Shown piece by piece: positions 14,753 through 23,564 of a stretch of DNA of 49,351 bases. The stretch's first letter is position 1, and each line of letters opens with the position of its first letter. Origin of the DNA: Patescibacteria group bacterium (GTDB lineage Bacteria; Patescibacteriota; Minisyncoccia; Phycocordibacterales; JBAYGS01); the NCBI GenBank assembly GCA_038078755.1, contig JBBTSQ010000025.1, forward strand, positions 7,099 through 56,449. Direction: 5' to 3'. The notes beneath the pieces were generated by a model that saw only the letters and a list, made by a program, of their open reading frames with translations, had not been told where the DNA came from and ran no database searches. The position numbers and the translations under genes were made by a program.

Positions 14753-15691
14753 ATGAATCTTGATTCTTCTTTGTACGATCTCGCAATTGTTGGCGGCGGG
14801 CCAGCAGGTGCCGCCGCCGGAGTCTACGCGTCGCGCAAACGCTTGAAGACGGTCTTTATCACCAAAGATTTTCAAGGCCAGAGTGCTGTCTCCGAAGGCA
14901 TTGAAAATTGGATCGGTAGTGTCAAAATATCCGGCACCGATCTCGCTAAAAATCTCGAAACGCATCTTCGTGCCTACGCGGGAGATGTTGTCACCATCAA
15001 AACAGGTGAACTCTGCGAATCGGTCTCAAAAATTCCCGAAGGCTTTTCCATCAAAACAAAAACTGCTGAATACCGCGCAAAAACAGTCTTAATCACCACC
15101 GGCAGTTTCCGCCGGAAACTTGAGGTGAAGGGCGCTGACATTTTTGAACACAAGGGGCTCACCTATTGCGCCACTTGCGACGGCCCACTCTTTGCCGATG
15201 CAGATGTAGTGGTGGTCGGCGGTGGCAACGCCGCCTTTGAAACCTGTGCCCAACTCCTCGCCTATTGCAAAAGTGTTACCCTCATCAATCGCAGTAATGA
15301 TTTCCGTGCCGATCCGGTGACTGTCGAAAAGGTTTTGAAAAATCCAAAAATGCGAGCAATCAAAAACGCTATTCCAACCGAAGTTAAGGGTGATAAATTT
15401 GTCACAGCATTTGTCTATACCGACGCAACTACTCAAAAGCTCGTTGAAATCCCAACGACTGGCATTTTTGTGGAAATTGGACTGCTCCCAAATACCAGTT
15501 TTGTAAAATATGTCGTCACGCTCGATAAATGGAATCATATCGTTGTTGACCCACGCACCCAGCGAGCAAGTACACTCGGCATCTGGGGAGCTGGGGACTG
15601 TACGGATGGTTTGTATCATCAAAACAATATCGCCGCCGGAGATGCCGTGAAAGCGCTTGAAGATATTTATAATTTTTTACACACACAGTAG
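14753..15691 (+). CDS. trxB: thioredoxin-disulfide reductase
   Basis: GGGPAG FAD motif, CATCDG redox centre and VVGGGNAA NADPH motif. Confidence 0.9.
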   Translation: MNLDSSLYDLAIVGGGPAGAAAGVYASRKRLKTVFITKDFQGQSAVSEGIENWIGSVKISGTDLAKNLETHLRAYAGDVVTIKTGELCESVSKIPEGFSIKTKTAEYRAKTVLITTGSFRRKLEVKGADIFEHKGLTYCATCDGPLFADADVVVVGGGNAAFETCAQLLAYCKSVTLINRSNDFRADPVTVEKVLKNPKMRAIKNAIPTEVKGDKFVTAFVYTDATTQKLVEIPTTGIFVEIGLLPNTSFVKYVVTLDKWNHIVVDPRTQRASTLGIWGAGDCTDGLYHQNNIAAGDAVKALEDIYNFLHTQ

Positions 15692-15788
15692 GGAGAGATT
15701 TATGATTCATGATTCATGATTTATGAATAAAGAAAAAGCTTCGACTCTGTACTTTCTACTTTTTACTTAATACTGTATACTTAGATAT

Positions 15789-16217
15789 ATGACACTACCT
15801 ACAATGCAGAAAAAAGAATATGTTGCGTTTATATTTGCCCACTTCGCGCTCTTTGTGGTGTTCGTGTGGTTTGGTTCACTGAAATTTTTTGACTTAAGTC
15901 CTGCCAACCCCCTCGTTGATGCCCTCCTCAAAGAAACCTTGCCGTTCATTTCTTTCAACACCTTCATTATGATTTTGGGTGGATGGGAGGTGCTGATCGG
16001 TGTTCTGTTTATCATCCCAAAGATGGAGAAAATAGCACTGATCCTTTTGATTCCGCATATGGTGGTGACCATTATGCCTCTGTTTCTTTTGCCTGATATT
16101 GCGTGGAAAGGATTTTTAACCCCAACCCTTGAGGGTCAGTACATTATTAAAAACATCGTTATCATCGCTCTCGCCGCCTCTATGTTTGCGGATTTGAGGA
16201 AGAAGCATTTGAAATAG
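15789..16217 (+). CDS. DoxX/YkgB-like (DUF417-like) membrane protein
   Basis: 142 aa with four TM helices. The FVWFGSLKFFDLSPANPLV pattern resembles that family from memory. Confidence 0.45.
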   Translation: MTLPTMQKKEYVAFIFAHFALFVVFVWFGSLKFFDLSPANPLVDALLKETLPFISFNTFIMILGGWEVLIGVLFIIPKMEKIALILLIPHMVVTIMPLFLLPDIAWKGFLTPTLEGQYIIKNIVIIALAASMFADLRKKHLK

Positions 16218-16288
16218 TCTTGGGAAAGAATCTTTATTCGATCCTAATTACATGGAAACACGTCCTCAATAAAAAGTTGAAGGGTTAT

Positions 16289-17167
16289 TTAAAATATGTG
16301 TTCATCCCTATATGGAATTTCAACCTCTTTTAAAATTCCACTATCCCAGTTATAGAAGTATATCTTAGCCTGATGGAGATTTTCTTCTTGGACTTTGAAC
16401 GCTTCTTCTTGAGTTATATTATCTCCCACTAAAATTAAAATTAATTGACTGACACCTAGCGGCGCAAGTTTTGTCTTCTTTCTAGCGATTATAAATCTTA
16501 TGGCCTCATAATTTTTTGAGGATATATACTTTATCTCTATTGCCGTTGGTTTCTTACTATTTTTTAAATATACCACCCCATCGACAATAACACTCTTTTC
16601 ATGATTAGTTATTTTAACTTGAGATTTATATCTATCTGCATATCTGTCAATCAAATTAGTTTGTACCACTTCTTCTATTCGATATATCTTTTGGTATCTC
16701 TTAATAACCTCCTCTTTTGTGGACTTAGGAACAACTTTGTGAACTCCAGTTTCTACATTCAAAGGCTTATCTTTTGTCACCAAACCCTCAATGACTTTAT
16801 CATCCTCCTTGGTCTCCTTTATTCTTTGTTGTTTTATCTCAGATTCAGTGGCACCCTTTATTTTTACTGGCTCACCTTTTACACCACCAGGACCAACCTC
16901 CGTCATTCTATTTCTAATAAAATGATCTATCGCCTCGTGATGTTTTTGAAGTAAAACTAAGCAAATAATGAGAATAGAAGCCGGCCACGATACTAGAACT
17001 AATTTTGTATAATCATTTATTACTAAAAGAAGTTCTGAAATCCTGATTCTCCCACTAAACAGATCAACCATTATCGAGGTGAGTATAAACCAAAAAAAGA
17101 AAGTAAAAATAGCACAAAATGTTTGTTTAATTATTTCTTTAGAAGATTCTGTATTATCTTTTTCCAT
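16289..17167 (-). CDS. membrane-anchored protein with C-terminal PD-(D/E)XK-like nuclease motif (292 aa)
   Basis: Two N-terminal TM helices. The C-terminal segment IEEVV...VIVDGVVYLKNSKKPTAIEIKY gives D-x14-E-x-K. The ORF starts 16 nt after the tRNA-Glu 3' end. Confidence 0.5.
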   Translation of the reverse strand: MEKDNTESSKEIIKQTFCAIFTFFFWFILTSIMVDLFSGRIRISELLLVINDYTKLVLVSWPASILIICLVLLQKHHEAIDHFIRNRMTEVGPGGVKGEPVKIKGATESEIKQQRIKETKEDDKVIEGLVTKDKPLNVETGVHKVVPKSTKEEVIKRYQKIYRIEEVVQTNLIDRYADRYKSQVKITNHEKSVIVDGVVYLKNSKKPTAIEIKYISSKNYEAIRFIIARKKTKLAPLGVSQLILILVGDNITQEEAFKVQEENLHQAKIYFYNWDSGILKEVEIPYRDEHIF

Positions 17168-17183
17168 AAATACTTAAAACCTG

Positions 17184-17255
17184 TGACCCTACGGGGAATC
17201 GAACCCCGATTACAGCCTTGAAAAGGCCGTGTCCTAACCGTTAGACGATAGGGCC
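17184..17255 (-). tRNA. tRNA-Glu (anticodon UUC)
   Basis: GGCCCTATCGTCTAACGGTTAGGACACGGCCTTTTCAAGGCTGTAATCGGGGTTCGATTCCCCGTAGGGTCA. Cloverleaf with loop CTTTCAA; no encoded CCA. Confidence 0.85.
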
Positions 17256-17351
17256 ATACCGAAATGATACTATAGCATTTTTATTATTTATAGGGAAGTG
17301 AAATATGCTTGAGCGGTTGAATAATATAGTGTAATATATACCCAAAGATTC

Positions 17352-18365
17352 ATGTTATCTACTTACATACAATCAAATAAAGATTCTAGTGATTTCTTGA
17401 TAAAAGCCAAACTAGCCACCGGCTCATGGCAAATATTATCCAAAATAACAGGGGTGTCCCCAAGAACTCTTCGTAATTGGTACTTATGCCAATCTTCCAT
17501 ACCCCTCGATAGTCTCAAACTACTAAGTAACCACTTGGGAGTGTCTCTGCCCAAATATAAAGCAATCGACATATTGAGACTAAAAAGAAACGCTGCAAAG
17601 AGAGGCGGCCTAAGACGCATAGCACTTTATGGTAACCCCGGGACAATCACAGGGAGGATAAAAGGTGCATTAAGATCAATAAGGACGCAATCGAAAAATC
17701 CCTATTCACCTTTTATTCAGAAAAAAATCAGCATACCCAAACGTTCATCCCAATTAGCTGAATTTGTTGGAATTTTATTAGGAGATGGTCATGTTGGTAA
17801 ACGACAAATTATAATTTCAATAGGGGCGGACGAATATGGCTATACAAAGTATATTTCTAATTTAAGCTTCAAATTATTTCAGTACCGCCCATCGATAAAA
17901 AAGAAAAACGGAGTAGAGGTGTACACACTAGTCTTTTCTCGTACAGCCCTGGTGACATATATAAAAAAGATCGGACTAACTGATTCACACAAAGTAAAAT
18001 CGCAAAGTAATACTCCCCTTTGGATTCGAAATAACAAGAATTATTCCAAGGCGTGTGTCCGAGGATTATTTGACACTGATGGCTCGTTTTTTATTGATAG
18101 ACACTTAATAAAAAATTCGCTATATTACAATGCGGGTATTGCGTTCACTAATTACTCACTGCCACTACTTAAATTTTTCTACTTTACACTGGTCGCTCGA
18201 GGATTCCATCCAACAGTATCGAGTGGTAAAAATGTGTTTCTGCGACGAGATAACGAAATACGCTACTTTTTCAAAGACATTGGGAGTAATAACCCTAAAC
18301 ATTTAAGAAAATTTAGTGAATTTGTAAACAAATATCCCAAAGGAAAGGTACCGAAGAGGTCATAA
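17352..18365 (+). CDS. double-motif LAGLIDADG homing endonuclease with N-terminal HTH
   Basis: LAEFVGILLGDGHV and CVRGLFDTDGSF motifs. HTH-like ILSKITGVSPRTLRNWY. The last 24 nt overlap tRNA-Ser. Confidence 0.85.
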   Translation: MLSTYIQSNKDSSDFLIKAKLATGSWQILSKITGVSPRTLRNWYLCQSSIPLDSLKLLSNHLGVSLPKYKAIDILRLKRNAAKRGGLRRIALYGNPGTITGRIKGALRSIRTQSKNPYSPFIQKKISIPKRSSQLAEFVGILLGDGHVGKRQIIISIGADEYGYTKYISNLSFKLFQYRPSIKKKNGVEVYTLVFSRTALVTYIKKIGLTDSHKVKSQSNTPLWIRNNKNYSKACVRGLFDTDGSFFIDRHLIKNSLYYNAGIAFTNYSLPLLKFFYFTLVARGFHPTVSSGKNVFLRRDNEIRYFFKDIGSNNPKHLRKFSEFVNKYPKGKVPKRS

Positions 18366-18431
18366 CGGCGCCGACTCGAAATCGGATGGTCGGGTCAAAC
18401 CGGCACGAGGGTTCGAATCCCTCCCTTTCCG
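18342..18431 (+). tRNA. tRNA-Ser (anticodon CGA), long variable arm
   Basis: Acceptor GGAAAGG/CCTTTCC, anticodon loop CTCGAAA, T arm GAGGGTTCGAATCCCTC. Confidence 0.8.
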
Positions 18432-18463
18432 CAGAAACAAAAACCTGCTATCCTGTGCACTAC

Positions 18464-18536
18464 GCGCGGTTAGCTCAGTTGGTAGAGCATCCCCTTGACG
18501 TGGGGAGGGTCAGAGGTTCAAGTCCTCTATCGCGCA
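18464..18536 (+). tRNA. tRNA-Val (anticodon GAC)
   Basis: GCGCGGTTAGCTCAGTTGGTAGAGCATCCCCTTGACGTGGGGAGGGTCAGAGGTTCAAGTCCTCTATCGCGCA. Confidence 0.9.
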
Positions 18537-18563
18537 CCCGAAAAGCGAAGCTAGAAACCACAA

Positions 18564-19796
18564 ATGCTCATCCTCGGCATCGAAACCTCCTGCGACGAAA
18601 CCGCAGTGTGCATAGTATCCGCAACCGGCGATAAAAATTCACCTGTTTTTTCTATACTCGGAAATGCCCTTAATTCCCAGACCAAAATTCACGAGCAATA
18701 CGGCGGCGTCTTCCCCGCTCTGGCAAAACGTGAGCATTCAAAAAATTTGATTCCTTTGTTTAAAAAAGTATTAGAAGAATCAGGTTTTGAAAAAAAACTA
18801 ACAACAAACAACTCACAACAAACAACCAGAGAAGAAATTAAAAAGATGCTCGAAAAAGAACCCGAGTTACTCGAACAATTTTTACACTATCTTCCAACCA
18901 TCGAAAAACCTCCCATCGACGCCATCGCGGTCACCGTCGGTCCAGGACTCGAACCAGCACTCTGGGTTGGTATCAATTTCGCTCGCGCACTTTCCCTCGC
19001 GTGGGGCATTCCAATCATTCCAGTCAATCACATGGAGGGGCACATCATTTCTGTTTTGGTAAACAGAAATGAAATTTCCAATACCCAATTCCCAATTTCC
19101 AATTCAAAAACTAAAGACTATCAACCAATAACTAATAACTCCCCCGTCCTTTTCCCCGCTCTCGCCCTCCTCATCTCCGGAGGTCACACCGAACTCATCT
19201 TGATTGAAAGCTGGGGGAAATACAGCAACATCGGACAGACGAGAGACGACGCAGTGGGCGAAGCGTTTGATAAGGTAGCTCGAATGCTTGGTCTGCCATA
19301 CCCAGGTGGTCCTCAAATTTCCGCACTAGCAGAAATTTCGCGGAACAATGCAGAACAAACGCAGACCAATTTCAAACTTCCTCGCCCAATGCTCCACACT
19401 AAAGATTTTGATTTTTCTTTTTCCGGACTCAAGACTGCGGTGCTCTATCTCCTGAAAGACATTGGTACACCCACCAAAGCAGACAGAGAAACAATCGCCA
19501 GAGAATTTGAAGATGCGGTCACCGAAGTACTTGTCACCAAAACAAAGAAAGCACTAGAACGATATGGGGCACAAACACTGATCATTGGTGGTGGAGTAAT
19601 TGCTAACACACACATCCGGAAAGCATTTGAAAAAATGGTGACCGAATATCCGGACACAGGGCTTTTCTTCCCCAATCTCGCTTTGTCGACCGACAACGCA
19701 GTGATGATTGCCTGCGCCGGCTATATGCAACATCTGACCAAACCTTCAGAATCCACTCGAACGCCACTTGTCGCAAAAGGAAATTTAAGCTTCTAA
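18564..19796 (+). CDS. tsaD: tRNA N6-adenosine threonylcarbamoyltransferase TsaD with two low-complexity insertions
   Basis: GIETSCDETAV, VNHMEGH and ISGGHTELI motifs. At 410 aa it is about 70 aa longer than typical TsaD. Confidence 0.9.
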   Translation: MLILGIETSCDETAVCIVSATGDKNSPVFSILGNALNSQTKIHEQYGGVFPALAKREHSKNLIPLFKKVLEESGFEKKLTTNNSQQTTREEIKKMLEKEPELLEQFLHYLPTIEKPPIDAIAVTVGPGLEPALWVGINFARALSLAWGIPIIPVNHMEGHIISVLVNRNEISNTQFPISNSKTKDYQPITNNSPVLFPALALLISGGHTELILIESWGKYSNIGQTRDDAVGEAFDKVARMLGLPYPGGPQISALAEISRNNAEQTQTNFKLPRPMLHTKDFDFSFSGLKTAVLYLLKDIGTPTKADRETIAREFEDAVTEVLVTKTKKALERYGAQTLIIGGGVIANTHIRKAFEKMVTEYPDTGLFFPNLALSTDNAVMIACAGYMQHLTKPSESTRTPLVAKGNLSF

Positions 19797-19838
19797 ACCA
19801 ATGGCAAAATAGGCTCATTTTTGCTACTATGACCTAAT

Positions 19839-22040
19839 ATGGCAGAAGATAAGACATATCAAGAACCAGATATCCCAAAAGCGTTTTTGAAACCCTACAA
19901 CGCAGATGAACACGAGACTCGTATCTACAAGCTCTGGCAGGAGAGCGGTTTTTTTAATCCAGACAATCTTCCCGACCGACACAAGAAGCCCTTCACCATC
20001 GTGATGCCACCACCAAATGCCAACGGCAACCTCCATGTTGGCCACGCCCTCGCTATCACCCTCGAAGACATTATGATCCGGTTCAAACGTATGCAGGGTT
20101 TCAAGACCCTCTGGGTGCCGGGAGCCGACCACGCTGGTTTTGAGACACAAATCGTGTACGAGAAAAAATTGGAAAAAGAGGGTCGATCTCGATTTAAAAT
20201 GGATCCGCAGGACCTCTACAAAGAGATCCTTGCTTTCACCCTGGAAAACAAAGGTACTATGGAAGCACAGGTGCGCGCACTCGGCGCTTCGTGCGATTGG
20301 TCGCGAGAGAAATTCACCCTCGATCCAGATGTCGTGGCCGAGACACATCGTACCTTCAAGAAAATGTATGATGACGGACTGGTGTACCGCGGTTCACGCA
20401 TAGTGAACTGGTGTAGCAAGCACGCCACTTCCCTTTCCGACGTGGAGACCGAGAGCAAAGAAAAAATCGACCCGTTTTATTATTTCAAATACGGCCCCTT
20501 CACCATCGGTACAGCAAGGCCCGAGACAAAGTTCGGCGACAAGTACGTGGTAATGCATCCGGAAGATACACGCTACGCTGAATACAAGCAAGGTCAGCAG
20601 ATCGAGCTCGAATGGATCAACGGCCCAATCACTGCAACTGTCATCAAAGATGAAGCAATCGACATGGAATTTGGTACGGGTGTGATGACCATCACCCCAT
20701 GGCACGATGCGGTGGATTTTGGCATTGCCGAAAGACACAAGCTCGACCGAGAGCAAATTATCGATATGCGAGGCAAGCTCCTCCCTATCGCTGGCGAATT
20801 TGCTGGTATGAAGATCACCGAAGCACGGCCAAAGATTGTCGAGAAGCTCAAAGCCAAGGGCTTGCTGGTGAAAGTCGATGAGAAATACGTGCACAATGTC
20901 CCCGTCTGCTACAAATGCGAGACGGCTATCGAACCGCAGATTCTCCCACAATGGTTCGTCAAGATGCAACCACTCGCGGAGAAGGCAATCAAGGCCGTGG
21001 AAGCCGGCGAGGTAGTCTTCCAGCCCGACAATTATCGCAAGATCTTCCTCTACTGGATGAACAACACCCTCGATTGGAACATTTCCCGCCAGATTGTCTG
21101 GGGCATTCCGATACCTGCAAAAATTTGTGATTCATGTAGTTTTGCCGAACCTGATTTGGAAAATACATTGACCACCTGTCCAAAATGTAAAAATATGCTC
21201 CGTGCCGACACCGACACCTTCGACACATGGTTCTCCTCCGGCCAGTGGCCACTCCTCTCGCTTAGCTATTCAAAAGGTGCCGATTGGAAGTCTTTCTATC
21301 CGACAGATGTGATGGAGACCGGCTCCGATCTCATTTTCAAATGGATCCCGCGCATGGTCATCTTCGGCCTCTACCTCGTAGGCAAGGTGCCGTTCCACAC
21401 AGTGTACCTACACGGCTTGGTGAACGACGCTTCCGGCAAGAAGATGAGCAAGAGTAAAGGCAACGTGATCAATCCGACCGACCTCATCGTGAAGTACGGC
21501 ACCGACGCGCTTCGCATTGGCCTCATTGTGGGCAACACTCCAGGCACCGACCTTTCACTTTCAGAAAATAAAATAAAAGGCTACAAAAATTTCGGCAACA
21601 AGCTCTGGAATATCACTCGCTTTGTATTAACCAGCTGTCAGGGGATGGAAAAAATGACCCTCGACGTCCCCAACAAAGATATTTTGACTGATGAAGACAA
21701 AAAACTGATTTCAGAACTTCACGCACTGGTCGCCGATGCCACACACGATATTGAAGAATACCGATTCTATCTGGCAGCGGAAAAAATCTACCACTACGTC
21801 TGGCATACGTTTGCCGATGTGATTATTGAAGCATCAAAGGCAAAAATTGCGGGAGCCGACATATCCGCGAAACAATCTTGCCAATATACCCTGTTCTATA
21901 TTCTGATCACTTGTGTCAAACTGCTCCACCCGTTTATGCCATTTGTGACCGAAACCATTTGGGAACATCTGCCGATTGCAGACAAACAACTACTCATGAT
22001 TGAAAAATGGCCAGTATTAGAAGAAGGAAGTATGAAGTAA
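19839..22040 (+). CDS. valS: valine--tRNA ligase (short form without C-terminal coiled coil)
   Basis: PPPNANGNLHVGHA (HIGH) and KMSKSKGN motifs, with an editing-domain region; 733 aa. Confidence 0.9.
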   Translation: MAEDKTYQEPDIPKAFLKPYNADEHETRIYKLWQESGFFNPDNLPDRHKKPFTIVMPPPNANGNLHVGHALAITLEDIMIRFKRMQGFKTLWVPGADHAGFETQIVYEKKLEKEGRSRFKMDPQDLYKEILAFTLENKGTMEAQVRALGASCDWSREKFTLDPDVVAETHRTFKKMYDDGLVYRGSRIVNWCSKHATSLSDVETESKEKIDPFYYFKYGPFTIGTARPETKFGDKYVVMHPEDTRYAEYKQGQQIELEWINGPITATVIKDEAIDMEFGTGVMTITPWHDAVDFGIAERHKLDREQIIDMRGKLLPIAGEFAGMKITEARPKIVEKLKAKGLLVKVDEKYVHNVPVCYKCETAIEPQILPQWFVKMQPLAEKAIKAVEAGEVVFQPDNYRKIFLYWMNNTLDWNISRQIVWGIPIPAKICDSCSFAEPDLENTLTTCPKCKNMLRADTDTFDTWFSSGQWPLLSLSYSKGADWKSFYPTDVMETGSDLIFKWIPRMVIFGLYLVGKVPFHTVYLHGLVNDASGKKMSKSKGNVINPTDLIVKYGTDALRIGLIVGNTPGTDLSLSENKIKGYKNFGNKLWNITRFVLTSCQGMEKMTLDVPNKDILTDEDKKLISELHALVADATHDIEEYRFYLAAEKIYHYVWHTFADVIIEASKAKIAGADISAKQSCQYTLFYILITCVKLLHPFMPFVTETIWEHLPIADKQLLMIEKWPVLEEGSMK

Positions 22041-22068
22041 AATGTATAAAGTATAAAGCCTAATACAA

Positions 22069-22105
22069 AAAAGACCAGAAATTGCTTCGCAATTTCTGGT
22101 CTTTT
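22069..22105 (+). terminator. rho-independent terminator after valS, nested in AGTATAAAG / CTTCATACTT word arms
   Basis: GACCAGAAATTGC-ttc-GCAATTTCTGGTC followed by TTTT. Confidence 0.8.
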
Positions 22106-22254
22106 CCCCGTTTTAACACTTCATACTTCATACTTCATACGTTATTTCGACGAGCGAGAAGCACGTGGATGAGTACTCTCGTACACAGTGTTCGAGTCGA
22201 AGTCGAATCAACAGGCAACTGTTTTTTGTTTCAGTTGCCTGTTATACTTCCCCT

Positions 22255-22962
22255 ATGGACACTGCTCCTGACATACTCCTCTATGCGGCGCTCGGTGGCA
22301 TTCTCCCCGCCATCTTTTGGCTCTGGTGTTGGCTCCATGAAGATCGACATCCCGAACCGCGCGCCGTCCTCCTATCGGTTTTCGTATGTGGTATGGTGGC
22401 AGTACCAGTCGCCGGATTGCTTCAAAAAGCCGTGGGTCCAATGCTTTCCGGAAAATGGCCGTTGATTTTTGCGTGGGCCGCCATCGAGGAAATTCTCAAA
22501 TTTCTTGCCGCGTACCTACCCGCCCTCACCCGTCGATATTTCGATGAGCCTGTCGACGCGATGATCTACCTTATCACTGCGGCGCTCGGCTTTGCAGCCC
22601 TTGAAAATACCCTATTCATTACCTCCTCACTTTTGCACTACAGCCCAATCGAGAGCTTGGTGACAGGCAATTTGCGTTTTATCGGAGCAAGTCTACTGCA
22701 CGTCCTCACCTCGGGAGTAGTGGGTGCGGTCATCGCCATCGAATTTTATAAAGGGCGGTTTAAGCGTGAAGTGGCAACGGTCATCGGACTTATCCTCTCT
22801 ACCGGTTTGCATGCTGTCTTTAATTTTTTTATAATGGATGCACAAGGTACCGAAGTGTTCAGAGTGTTTTATGGAGTGTGGATCGCGATTGTACTACTCC
22901 TCATTGTCTTTAGTCGAATCAAGCGAATATCTAAACCAACATTTTCTCCAGTCGTTCATTAA
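22255..22962 (+). CDS. prsW: PrsW-family intramembrane protease
   Basis: AAIEEILKF, ALENTLF and HVLTSGVVGA motifs on a polytopic protein. Start set at MDTAPDIL. Confidence 0.7.
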   Translation: MDTAPDILLYAALGGILPAIFWLWCWLHEDRHPEPRAVLLSVFVCGMVAVPVAGLLQKAVGPMLSGKWPLIFAWAAIEEILKFLAAYLPALTRRYFDEPVDAMIYLITAALGFAALENTLFITSSLLHYSPIESLVTGNLRFIGASLLHVLTSGVVGAVIAIEFYKGRFKREVATVIGLILSTGLHAVFNFFIMDAQGTEVFRVFYGVWIAIVLLLIVFSRIKRISKPTFSPVVH

Positions 22963-22974
22963 TTTTATATCATT

Positions 22975-23427
22975 ATGTCAAAAACAAAACGCTCATTTTT
23001 TGAAAGACTGACCGGCGGAGTGCCGGTCGAAGAAGACAGCACCGAGACGACTGCGACCGGCAAAACAGTCGCCAAATTTGAAGAAAGCGATGGCGAGGGT
23101 GAATTGTCGGTTGATGTGCATCAGACACCCTCTGAAGTGGTCATTCGGGCGATGGTTGCCGGCGTGCGACCAGAAGATCTAGATGTGGTGATTACCCGAG
23201 ATATGGTGACCATCAAATGCAAACGAGAAAATGTCCACACGGTCGCTGATGAGGATTATTTTTTCCGTGAGTTATATTGGGGTTCTTTTTCTCGCACCAT
23301 CCTCCTGCCCCAAGAAGTCGAACCAGACGAAGCAGACGCAACCGAAAAGAACGGCCTACTCACTATTAGATTGCCGAAGATAAATAAGGGGAGACAGACG
23401 AAGCTCAAGATTAAGTCGGGGAATTAA
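22975..23427 (+). CDS. Hsp20/alpha-crystallin small heat-shock protein
   Basis: 150 aa with an alpha-crystallin domain, ending ..NGLLTIRLPK. Confidence 0.85.
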   Translation: MSKTKRSFFERLTGGVPVEEDSTETTATGKTVAKFEESDGEGELSVDVHQTPSEVVIRAMVAGVRPEDLDVVITRDMVTIKCKRENVHTVADEDYFFRELYWGSFSRTILLPQEVEPDEADATEKNGLLTIRLPKINKGRQTKLKIKSGN

Positions 23428-23516
23428 AAATGATTCATGAATTATGATTTATGATTCACGATTCATAAATGGCGATGAAATTGAGATTTAAGAATTAAGA
23501 ACCAAACCCTACATAG

Positions 23517-23548
23517 AAAAAACGGTTGAGGACTTGCCTCAACCGTTT
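23517..23548. terminator. bidirectional terminator hairpin
   Basis: AAAAAACGGTTGAGG-acttg-CCTCAACCGTTT. Confidence 0.75.
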
Positions 23549-23564
23549 CGAATTTCCGAAAGCC

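Larger units (their letters stand above)
16218..18341. mobile_element. AT-rich island (compositional outlier) between tRNA genes
   Basis: By eye G+C is far lower than in the flanking DNA. It carries a nuclease-like ORF, tRNA-Glu and a LAGLIDADG endonuclease, and ends at tRNA-Ser. Confidence 0.45.
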
